A stretch of 20,000 nt of DNA, from NCBI RefSeq assembly GCF_004010195.1, contig NC_057718.1, positions 17,159,729 to 17,179,728 of the forward strand. Reading direction: 5' to 3'. Below are positions 10,046 through 19,400 of this stretch, one piece after another (position 1 is the stretch's first letter; the number at the start of each line of letters is the position of its first letter). A program made the position numbers and the translations under genes. This stretch comes from Chiloscyllium plagiosum. Taxonomy: Eukaryota. Under the pieces are notes generated by a model. That model did no database searches. It was given only the letters and a program-made list of their open reading frames with translations, and had not been told where the DNA came from.

Positions 10046-10395
10046 GATGAAATATGCCCCTCAAATATTTTACTCAGTTGGCATTTTACGTGCCTTGCCC
10101 CAGATTGAAATTCTGCCTAATGACGAAACAACTGCATCAAAATATCCCCTTTAATTCCTTTAAATTATTGACACACGGCCAATGCATTCAAAATAACCGA
10201 TGAAATATGCCCCTCAAATATTTTACTCAGTTGGCATTTTACGTGCCTTGCCCCAGATTGAAATTCTGCCTAATGACGAAACAACTGCAGCTAACCACTA
10301 CTATCTGCCTGAACAGACTCATAAGCTGCCAATATCAAAATATCCCCTTTAATTCCTTTAAATGATTGACACACGGCCAATGCATTCAAAATAAC
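10046..10395 (+). repeat. Near-perfect tandem duplication with a 45-bp indel (10046-10197 vs 10199-10395)
   Basis: Block A 10046-10136 = 10199-10289. Block B 10137-10197 = 10335-10395 with one mismatch. Segment 10290-10334 is present only in the second copy. Confidence 0.96.
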
Positions 10396-10611
10396 TCTGC
10401 ACCTAAACATCACCCCTTTGCCTTGACATTCAAGTTGCACCAGAGTCCTGAATTTAGACAGGCCATTTCCAGAGTTTTCAAAAAATAGACGGGACAAGGA
10501 AAGATATGTATCACATGTGTTTTTAATGCTTTAATTTCTTGGAAATCTCTGCAATTGGCTCACAGAGCTTTACTTTAGAAATGCCATTTCGAGAAACGTG
10601 CTTCACAGCTG

Positions 10612-10735
10612 GTTTTCTGATGAAGGAGCAGTGCTCTGAAAGCTAGTACTTCCAAATTAACCTTTTGCACTATAACCTGGTGTGTGATTTTTAACTTTGT
10701 CCACCCCAGTCCAACACCAGCACCTCCCACATCAT
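10612..10735 (+). mobile_element. Penelope-type terminal-repeat fragment (second family) beginning with a hammerhead motif
   Basis: CTGATGAAGGAGCAGTGCTCTGAAAGCTAGT followed by ...CTATAACCTGGTGTGTGATTTTTAACTTTGTCCACCCCAGTCCAACACC, recalled as an abundant shark Penelope-associated repeat. No TSD seen. Confidence 0.65.
10617..10645 (+). ncRNA. Minimal hammerhead ribozyme motif (best-preserved in window)
   Basis: CTGATGA(10617-10623)-A-GGAGC-AGT-GCTCT-GAAA(10638-10641)-GC-TA. Core boxes intact, stem II closed by G-U, and a palindromic AGCT mini stem III before a UH site. Confidence 0.62.
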
Positions 10736-11126
10736 ACATCATTCATGTCTGCACACTTGCCTGGCTGGTAAGACTCTCAGCGCCATCCAATGGCAAACTC
10801 CAGAACTACAATCACCAGACCTTTGCCAGGTCACTGAGAATGGCTACCTAACGTGAGAATTTTCTGTTTGTTTAAATGTCAGCTCCACTATATCTAACCA
10901 GCTGGTTTGTTACATATATGTACTAAAGAGACATGCCACCAAATATGTAATTCTGATGAAGCGAAGTTACAAATTGTAAGTGTCTGCATTCATTTTCCAA
11001 CTGAGATAACTGCTGAGACACTGATATCCTATCACCAAGTCACCCTTTATTTACATGTGAACAGTATACCAGCTATGGCCAGCCAGCTCAGAGTCATTCC
11101 CTGAAGTGAGGAGATTCTGAATCCCC

Positions 11127-11770
11127 TTTTTTTTTTAATTATTTCATTCAACAGTATAAAATACAGTTGACAATAAACAAAAGGCAGCAGTTCACAAAAA
11201 AACCCAGGGGAATCGGCAGCAAAGCCAAACCCCAAACTCCACCGTTCAACCAGTTTTCAGGGAGATGAGGACAAACCTCAAATCCCACTTCCACTTATCA
11301 CAAAGATAACAGTAACAAACACAAACAAGACAGAGCAATCAAATAGTGCATAGAGCACAGAGCCAATATAGCTATAAAAGACACCTGACGCCCAACCACA
11401 CCACATACTGATCAGACCTTCCTTGGCTAGCCTTCCTGAAGGACAATCATCGGCCTTCCGGTCTCTGGCCGTCCTGCATAGTGACTGACCATCCCCAGGC
11501 CTGCTTTCCTCTTGGTTGGCCATCGACCACCCAGCTCCCAGTCATCCCGTGTACTGACTGGACTACCCTGGGACGCTTTCCACTGAGCAGGTTGTTGGGC
11601 TTCTGGTCTCCATCTGCCCTGCATACTGACTGACCCTCCCCAGCCAATTTTCCCTCGGAATGGACATCAGCCACCAGCTCTCGGTCACCCCACGTACTAA
11701 CCAAACCACCCCCGAACTGCTTTCCTACAGTCGGACTGTTGGCCTTCCAGCACCCAGCCGCCCCACATAC
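11127..11770 (-). mobile_element. Probable 3' UTR of an unclassified poly(A)-tailed retroelement containing a degenerate ~72-bp array
   Basis: T10 run at 11127-11136 (poly(A) on minus) preceded on the minus strand by a T/G-rich UTR-like tract, with an abrupt composition change from the flank. No coding motif seen. Confidence 0.5.
11401..11770. repeat. Degenerate tandem array, ~72-bp period, 5 units plus start of a sixth
   Basis: Anchor motif recurs at ~11401 (CCACATACTGATCAGACC), 11474 (CTGCATAGTGACTGACC), 11547 (CCGTGTACTGACTGGAC), 11620 (CTGCATACTGACTGACC), 11690 (CCACGTACTAACCAAACC) and 11763 (CCACATAC). Each of the five full units has a (T)TTCC tract downstream. Confidence 0.75.
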
Positions 11771-11786
11771 TTCCCCTGTTTATATA

Positions 11787-12555
11787 TTTTTTCCTTTTAA
11801 CCCCCACACTGTGCTTATTTTTTCCCCAGCACCCATGTTGCAGGTGTGAGACACAGTGAGAGACACGAGGTGTATGAATCTTTATTCAATTTTCACCACC
11901 AGGAAGATAGGAAACACCCGGGTGGCCAGTGACAAACACTGCCCTTCACATCAAAGGGCAATGTTGTGTGACCAAACAGTGAAGGGGAGGGCGGGGATTA
12001 AATCAAAATAGAGTTGGAGGGGGAAATGATGCACTCCACTCCCTGCGGCGCCCACCTCTCCCTGAACAACTCCAGGGTGTTGGTGGACACTGCGTGCTCC
12101 TTCTCCAAGGACACGCGGGCTCTAACGTAACCGCGGAAGGGGGGCAGGCAGTCGGCCCTAAAGACCCCCTCCACAGCCCGCTGCCTCGACCTGTTGATGG
12201 CCAGGCCCAGGAGCAGACCCACGAGGAGGTCTTCAGACCTGCCCTCCCTCCTCCCGTACCGGGTCCCCGAAGATCAGGAGCGTGGGACTGAAGTGCAACC
12301 AAAAGCAGAGGAGGAGGTTTTTAAGAAAATCAAAAAGGGAGTGCAAACGCACACACCCAATATACACATGGTCCACGGACTCCACAGCACCACAGAACAA
12401 GCAGTTGGGCTGGGAGTCCGTGAACCACCGCAATCTGCGGTTGCAGGGGACTACTGCGTGCAGCACCCTCCACCCCAGATCCCTGAGAGAAAGGGAGAGG
12501 ACTCCCGCGTAGAGAGCCCTCCACTGGGGATCCCCACCGCCCGGTGGCAAATGGG
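11787..12555 (-). mobile_element. 5'-truncated Tx1 (L1-clade) copy: ORF2 C-terminus with CCHC zinc finger + 3' UTR
   Basis: WRVLHAVVPCNRRLRWFTDSQPNCLFCGAVESVDHVYIGC (zf-RVT-type C-x2-C...H-x4-C), ending ...CIISPSNSILI* at 11998. The 3' UTR is homologous to 12631-12864. AATAAA on minus at 11881-11886. Confidence 0.92.
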
Positions 12556-14496
12556 TTCTCCTGTATATATTTTTTTTTTCTTTAACACAGCTGAGAACAC
12601 TCCAGTATTTTTTTCTTTTTTTTTTTACATTTAACCCCCACAGTACCGCCTAACTGCGGTAGTGCTTATTTTTTCCCCAGCAACCATGGTGTGTGTGTGT
12701 GTGCGCGCAGGTGTGAGACACAGTGAGAGACACAAAGTGCACGAATCTTTATTCAATTTCCACCAGCAGGAAGAAAGGAAACACCCGGGTGGCCAGTGAC
12801 AAGCACTGCCCTTCACATCAAAGGGCAATGTTGTGTGGTCAAACAGTGAAGGGGAGGGCAGGGATTAAATCAAAATAGAGTTGGAGGGAGAAATAATGCA
12901 CTCCACTCCCTGCGGCGCCCACCTCTCCCTGAACAACTCCAGGGTGTTGGTGGACACCGCGTGGTCCTTCTCCAAGGACACCCAGGCCCTAACGTAACCG
13001 CGGAAGAGGGGCAGGCAGTCGGCCCTAACGACCCCCTCCACGGCCCGCTGCCTCGACCAGTTGATGGCCAGTTTGGCCAGGCCCAGGAGCAGACCCACGA
13101 GTAGGTTTTCAGACCTGCCCTCCCCCACCCCAGATCCCCGAGAGAAAGGGGGAGGACTCCCGTGTAGGGAGCCCTCCACTGGGGATCCCCACCGCCCGGT
13201 GGCAAATGGGCACGCCAAGGCGTGTCCGGACGGTGGATGAGGGAGAAGAGGTGGACGGTGTGCAGCAGCAGTCTATATAGGGCCCGCCTTTTTACCCCCT
13301 GGAAGGGAACAAAATTAAAATTCCGGAGGCGGCTCAGGTTGTGGGGCACAGGCTCCCGCAGGAAGTACGGGACCTTGGAGCCAATGTGAAATTCCATCTG
13401 GGCTGGGGTGAGCGCGGACGGGATCCCACCGCACACCTGAGCGTCCTCCAACTGGTGCACTACGTCGAGTCAGAGCACCGCCGTTTTAAGGCATCGGATG
13501 GCAGTGGCCACGTACCGGACGTCTCCGCTGCCTTGCTTGCTATGTCCTGCGGCAGCATCCAGCCCAGACCCCCAGCACGTCCCCGATCCTGGTCACCCTC
13601 GCCGCCACGGCCCTCCCCTCCGACAGCCACTCGAACCCGCGAGTACGGAGGTGCAGATTCCTGAGCAACGGCTCCCTGCCGACAGCTGCTACTCCAGCCG
13701 GAGGGTAGGCACGACGCGATTCGACCATGTTCCAGACAGGGATCAGGTCCTGGTAAATGACAGGCAGCGTCTTGAGGGTGACCTCCAAACCGTCGCGGTC
13801 GAACAGGAGCTGCGTGTGGTAGTTGAGGCTATGCACCTGGCGGAAAAAATGTCGCCAGGGCGCACCACCTAGGAGGAGGCTCGACGTAAAGGTATCGCCG
13901 CAAGGTCTGAAGGCGGAACGTCGCGACCTGGGTGCGGACGCACACCAGCGACTGACCGCCCTCAATAGGGAGACTCAACCTGAGCATCTTTTGGTCCCAG
14001 AAGAAGTCGACCAAACGTTCTCTGGATGTCAGCGACAAATCCAGGAGGAGGGACCAAAGTGACCAGCCGGTACCACAGCATGGCAGCCACCAGCTGGTTT
14101 ATGACAAGCACTCGACTACTGTAAGATAGCACTCGGAACAGTCCTGTCCAGCGGCCTAGGCGAGCCGAGACTTTGGCATCCACCTCCTGCCAGTTGGCCG
14201 GCCAGGATTCCTCAGCTGGGCTGAGGTAGACCCCCAGGTCGAGGAGATAGGTGGTACTCCAGCTGAACCCCCGTAACTCCTCCAGCAGAGAGTCCACCCG
14301 CCACGGACCGACCAGCAGTCCGGAACATTTGGCCCAGTTGATCCTGGCGGAAGACGCCGCCGAGTACACGGCCTGGCACTCGCGCATCCTCCCCAGGTCA
14401 GCCGGGTCGGTGAAAGTGAGGAGCACGTCGTCGGCGTAGGCCGAGAGGACCACCCCCGTGCCCGCGCCGCGCAGAACCAGCCCCGACAACCTCCTC

Positions 14497-14586
14497 CGCA
14501 AGAGGCGCAGGAAAGGCTCCACGCACAGGGAATACAGCTGGCGCAAGAGGTGCAGGAAAGGCTCCACGCACAGGGAATACAGCTGG
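14497..14586. repeat. 45-bp in-frame tandem duplication in the RT domain
   Basis: 14497-14541 and 14542-14586 differ at one base. The protein shows QLYSLCVEPFL(H/R)LLR twice. Confidence 0.97.
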
Positions 14587-14855
14587 CCGGACAGGGGGCA
14601 GCCTTGACGCACTCCTCTCCCGAAGCGAAGGGGCGCTGTCAGGGACCCGTTAACTTTAACCAGACACTCTGCGGTGGCGTACAAAAGTCGGATCCGGGCG
14701 ACGAACTGCGTCCCGAACCCGAATGCCTGCAGACTCCCGAGCAGGTACTCGTGATCGACCCTGTCGAACGCTTTCTCCTGGTCGAGAGACAGGAAGGCGC
14801 TCGGCAGACCAGCCCGTCGACAGAAATGGATCAGGTCCCGGACCAGGTGGACGTT

Positions 14856-14953
14856 TTTTTAGATTACTTACAGTGTGGAAACAGGCCCTTCGGCCCAACA
14901 AGTCCACGGCGCTGTGAGGCAGCAGTGCTAACCACTGTGCCACCGTGCCGCCC
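14856..14953 (-). mobile_element. Internally deleted HE1-like mini-SINE inserted in Tx1 RT
   Basis: Minus strand: head GGGCGGCACGGTGGCACAGTGGTTAGCACTGCTGCCTCACAGCGCC joined directly to tail GTGGACTTGTTGGGCCGAAGGGCCTGTTTCCACACTGTAAGTAATCTAAAAA. ACGTT is duplicated at 14851-14855 and 14954-14958. Removal restores IHNNVHLVRDLIHF. Confidence 0.93.
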
Positions 14954-15928
14954 ACGTTGTTGTGTATCCTCCGGCCCGGGACCGTGTAGGACTGGTCCGG
15001 GTGAATCATGCGAGCCAGCACGGAGGCCAAGCGGGAAGACAACACCCTGGCGAAGATTTTGTTACCCGTGCTGAGGAGGGAGACCGGATGCCAGTTCTTC
15101 AAAGAACGAAGGTCCCCCTTTTTTGGCAGCAGGATGATGACCGCCCTGCGCCAAGAAAGGGGTAGCTGTCCGGCATTTAGACACTCCCCCAGGAGCTGCG
15201 CGTAGTCACTCCCCAGGACGTCCCAGAATGCCCTGAAGAACTCCACAGTCAGCCCGTCCAGCCCCGGGGTTTTGCCCATCGAGAGCCGGTCGAGGGCACC
15301 GGTCAGCTCCTCTAAAGTGACGGGAGCATTGAGCCTCCAGGCTGAGCTGCGGCAGGTCCTCCCACATAACTCTGAGAGCATCCTCGCTGGATGGATCCGG
15401 AGAGAACAGAGCCGTGTAATAATTTCGGACGTGGGCCCTGATACCCTCCGGATGTGAGACGAGGGACCAGTCGTCGGCCAGCAGCACAAGGAGCTGCTGA
15501 CGGTGCCACGCCTTTTTTCCAGCGAGTAGAAGGGGGAGCCGCGGTCCAGGAGGAGCTGGATCCGCGACCTCACGTACGCCCCCCCGAGCCCCGACGAGCT
15601 GCAGGTCCCGGAGCGCGGCCTTCTTCTCTTCGTACGCCCCTTGCAGGGCCGGGTCCGCATCGGGCTGACCGAGGCGTGACTCCAGGTCGAGCATCTCCCT
15701 CTCCAACTCCCCGATCCTGGATTTCCGCCTCTTCGTCGACCCCCTCACGTACTCCTGACAGAAGACGCGGACATGAGCCTTGCCCACGTCCCACCATAGC
15801 CTCAGGGAGGGGAAGCTTCGCCGCTTCCTTCTCCAGCCGGCCCAGAAACAACGAAACGAGTCCCGGAACCGCTCGTCCTCCAGCAGCAGGTTGTTAAAGT
15901 GCCAGTACGTGGAGCCGAGCCTGGCGCC

Positions 15929-16698
15929 TGTTAAGACGGACCTGCGGGGTCCCGTCTTTGCGTGTTCTTTCGGAAGGAGAGACTCACACTGGCAACTATG
16001 GTTAGACGCAGACAGCAGTTTATTCACAGAATCTTAACTGATACAACAAATCAACAAGCATGCATTCGTTGGAGAAGGCGTTCTGTCTTCTCGTTCAAAC
16101 TTGACACAATTATACTTCGCGCTGCCTGGAGTCCCCGGTCAGTTCGCCTTCCCCATTGGTCCAGTCATCTGTGCGCGCTGGGGATCCGTCCTCCTATTGG
16201 CCGCATCGAAGTTCCTGTCCAGCTCCTGCTGCGCTTGACAATGGCTCAGCCTTCCCCGGGAGCGGTTCCGATCCCGTATTCAATAGTTCATTGTTTCAAG
16301 GAATTACTATGCGTCTGACAGGCTAGCCATTTTCAATAGTTTCAGTTTAACTAAATTGACAATTACACTTATCAACTTTAGACTTAAATAGAGCCATTCA
16401 CACTCAACAGTTACAGGTTCCGATAGAGCAATTCACACTTGTCTAACAGTTACAGATTCCGATCGGTTTCTTTATTAATCCCGAGTTTCGATGGGGCAAT
16501 TGATACTGGCTGGTATTTACAGGCTCCAAGATTTAATTAACATTATGCATATCCCTTACAAGCTCCAGCAGTCATGCAGTCGCCAGCAGCAGCTCACTTG
16601 GCTGTTGTTAACCATTTCAGGGCTAGAAGTGGCTGTTGCAGAACTAGTGTCACCCTCCCTAGCCCTACATTAAACACCCCAGTGAAATCTCCCCAACA
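15929..16698 (-). mobile_element. Solo LTR (770 bp), ERV class I-like
   Basis: TGTT...AACA termini and 4-bp flanks CGCC (15925-15928) / TGCC (16699-16702). Removal restores in-frame ELLPFGARLGSTYWHFNN. On minus: two CCAAT, TATAA and AATAAA in U3-R-U5 order. No PBS or PPT adjacent. Confidence 0.9.
16019..16200 (-). promoter_or_regulatory. LTR core promoter and polyadenylation signal
   Basis: CCAAT at 16200-16196 and 16159-16155, TATAA at 16114-16110, AATAAA at 16024-16019. Confidence 0.7.
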
Positions 16699-16801
16699 TG
16701 CCGAATGGAAGGAGTTCCGCTCACACCAGGTGATGGTCCGTGCACGACACCTGCCACATGGAGGCCTTCGGAAAACAGGAGGCGTACGCCCGTGAAACGT
16801 A

Positions 16802-17127
16802 CAGGCGGTCGATTCTAGACGCTCTGACCCCAGGCCTCACGAAGATGAAGGCGATGGAGATTCCGCCAGACATCCACCAGGTCGAAGGACTTGACCAAGT
16901 CCACCAACCTCCTCCCCGACGCCCAGCCAGTGCGAGCACTGCCGTGGTCCCTGCCCTCGCAGGCGGTCGATTCTAGACGCTCCGACCCCAGGCCTCACGA
17001 AGATGAAGGCGATGGAGTCGGGATGGAGATTCCGCCAGACATCCACCAGGTCGAAGGACTTGACCAAGTCCACCAACCTCCTCCCGACGCCCAGCCAGTG
17101 CGGGCACCGCCGTGGTCCCTGCCCTCG
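16802..17127. repeat. Tandem duplication in Tx1 endonuclease (16802-16959, 16960-17127)
   Basis: Both units run CAGGCGGTCGATTCTAGACG...GTGGTCCCTGCCCTCG. The left unit lacks 11 bp between GATGGAG microhomologies. SRIDRL is encoded twice. Confidence 0.97.
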
Positions 17128-17553
17128 AGGACACAGTTAAAATCTCCAGAGGACGACGCACTGGTTCTCGTCGATGGAAGCAAGATGAGTGGACACTTCG
17201 AAGAAGCTCGCTTGCCTTGGCCCGGCCAGGGGAGCGTAGACGTTCACCAAGTGAAGCACCGCACCCCCAGCCGAACCGTCAGGTGAAGCAAGCGGCCTGG
17301 CACGGGCTCCCTGACCCCCAAGATCTCTGGCTGAAAATGCGGGGCCAACAAGATAGCCACCCCGCCAGATCTGCGGGTGAGGTGACTCATGTAGACTTCC
17401 CCCCCCCTCCATTTGGTTCCAATCACTGACCGAGGGGGTCTGGAATCTGTGCTGTGACTCCCTGCTGCCGTTGATGTTGAGGCTGGCTATAGCTGTCTCC
17501 ATGTCAGAAGCGTTGTGCAACCACCACCAGTACTGTTAAACCTATATACACAT

Positions 17554-19377
17554 TTACAGGGAAGACGAGGGAGGGTCTTCCTCGGTACCTTCCTCGGTGC
17601 ACCCCTTCCCGGAATGCTCTGTCGTCGGGCGGCAGAGGCTCAAGACCCCGCTCCTCTCCCAACACCGGGACGCCCGGCTCCTCAGGGAAAAGATCCTCCC
17701 CCAGGAAAAGGTCATCCCTCAAGGCCAAGGCCCCCGGAAAAACAGTCTGGGAGGGAGGAGCGAGGATAACACCTTCCTCCCCTCCACAACCCAGCAGAGG
17801 GTGCTCTGCTGTCGCCCGCACCACGGCCCTCGTGGTTGTTAAAGTCCTCCCCAGAGGCCGGAGGAGTTGAGGCAGCAGGAGGCCCTGCTGTAGCCCCTGG
17901 GGGTTTGGGTAGGTCGGGCCGCGGTACGGGACAGTCAAGAGGCACCGTTGGCTCGTCCCCTGGAGAGGGGCAGCGCCGCTGGAGTGTGTCTCCCCTCCAA
18001 GGACCGGCACCTCTTCCCCAGAGAGACGGGGGGAATTTATGGGCCTTCCCCTCCCAGCCCGCCTTGGTGGTCATGGGTCCCGAGGTCCCTCTTCCCCCCG
18101 CCAGCCTTTCCCGGAATATGATTGGCTGGGGGAAGTCAGGGGGCATGGCCAGGGTGGGGAGGGTCAGCTGTGTCACTTCCTGCCCCACCCCTGGTTTATC
18201 AAGTGAGGGCGGGGGGGCAGGGGCCCAGTTCCCTCTCTGGGGCCCAGAGACACAGGCACTGCAGGAGGTGGGGCAGCGTTGATCGCCCCAGGTTAGTGCC
18301 AGTGTGTGGCTGGGTGGGGCGGGGCTCGGGGGCCCCCGGGCTAGGTGTTGCAGCGCCAGGGGCAGGCGTTGATGCCTCAGGGGTTTCTATAACGGGGTGG
18401 GGGGTGGATGTGGGGTCAGTAGGACCAGGATCAAGTATGGGGTCAGGGTTCCCCCGCCAGGGCGACGCTGGCACGGCCGCAGGGGCATTGTCGTGCTGGG
18501 GCGGGGCAGGTCGTGGGCTAGGTGTCGGGGAAGGGGATAGGGTGGTCTCCCCGTGGGCGGGCCTGAAGTGTCGCGTCTTCAGTGCCTTCTGGCTGGCCGG
18601 ACGCTCATCCCCCTCCCTGCCAGAGGCTAGAGCATCGGAAGCCTCCGGTGCCGGGGCTTGGTGTTGACTTCAGGGGAGGGGGAGTGGGTGCGGCGGCACC
18701 ACCATCAGCCGTTGGTGTGGGCTGGGCAGCCTTCTGGGTGGGGCAGTTTTTTCTAATGTGCCCCACCTCACTGCTCAGGTGGCACCGCACGCCATCCGCC
18801 ATCCAGAAGGCACGGTAGGCCACACCCTCATGGAGGCAGGAGAATGAGCCCTCGGTGTCCTCCTCCCGAGCCAGGCAAATGAACACCTGGCGTCAGAAGG
18901 AGTATAGGTGTTGGAGGGCGGGGTCCTTAAGACCAAGCTGGAGCGGTTGGACCCCTGACCGGATCTCCCAAGGTGGTGAGGTGAGGGAGAAGGAGCTCGC
19001 TGGCAATAAAGGGCAGGACGTTGGCGATCACGACCCTCTGGGCTGTGACCTCCAGAGGGTCGACGGACAAATGTGTCCCACCCAGTGAGCCCCCTCTCCA
19101 CGGCCAGGTGGGCCGCCTGCTCGGTCTTAAGGAAAAACACGGCCTTCCCGTACATCCGGGCCGCAGCGACGATGGCCAGTGGGCCGACCACACTAGCCAT
19201 GGCCTTGCTGCAGGCCTCGATGGACATGTTGGGGTCGGGATAGGCCTTTACCCCCAGGCATTTAGTCAGTTGCCTGAAGGGGGTTGCGGTTGCAGCCTGG
19301 GTTGGGACAGCCGAGCCTAAGGCAGCGGCTACCCCGGCGTAGGTGCGGCTGGGCCCCGCGAACTTCGAGCTCGCCAT
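17554..19377 (-). pseudogene. Tx1 ORF1 (gag-like nucleic-acid-binding protein: RRM-like region, CCHC knuckle, Pro-rich tail), frameshifted
   Basis: MASSKF... (ATG 19377), VVGPLAIVAAARMYGKAVFFLK, AQRVVIANVLPFIASELL and VRCHLSSEVGHIRKNCP (C-x2-[C>S]-x4-H-x4-C), then a low-complexity Pro/Thr/Ala region. The 3' boundary is approximate. Confidence 0.88.
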
Positions 19378-19400
19378 ACTCTGCTGCTGGATATTGGTAG

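Larger units (their letters stand above)
12865..17502 (-). pseudogene. Tx1 ORF2 (APE endonuclease + reverse transcriptase), disrupted
   Basis: METAIASLNING (ATG 17502), SGGVAILL, LVNVYAP, GDFNC, DLVDVWR, SRIDRLYVS, TDHHLV, YWHFNNLLL, KTPGLDGLTVEFF, LPKKGDLRSLKNWHPVSLL, GVRQGCPLSGQLY and AYADDV, with a stop at 12865. Frameshifts, two nested insertions, two tandem duplications, and the zinc finger deleted. Confidence 0.95.

Noticed and set aside
11401..11770. CRISPR-like regularly spaced repeats
   Set aside because: Whole units are homologous and degenerate rather than identical repeats with unique spacers. The context is a vertebrate repeat landscape with no cas genes.
12587..12607. snRNA/tRNA/5S target fragment beside the Tx1 tail
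   Set aside because: ACAGCTGAGAACACTCCAGTA does not match U1, U2 or other small RNA sequences I can recall on either strand. A database search is still needed.
12688..12708. (GT)n microsatellite as a Tx1 target site
   Set aside because: It lies inside the 3' UTR rather than at an element boundary, and is absent from the other copy, so it is a local expansion.
15962..16795. ORFs inside the 770-bp insert as a captured gene
   Set aside because: Short, with no recognisable motifs, and antisense to LTR promoter signals. A solo LTR explains the segment.
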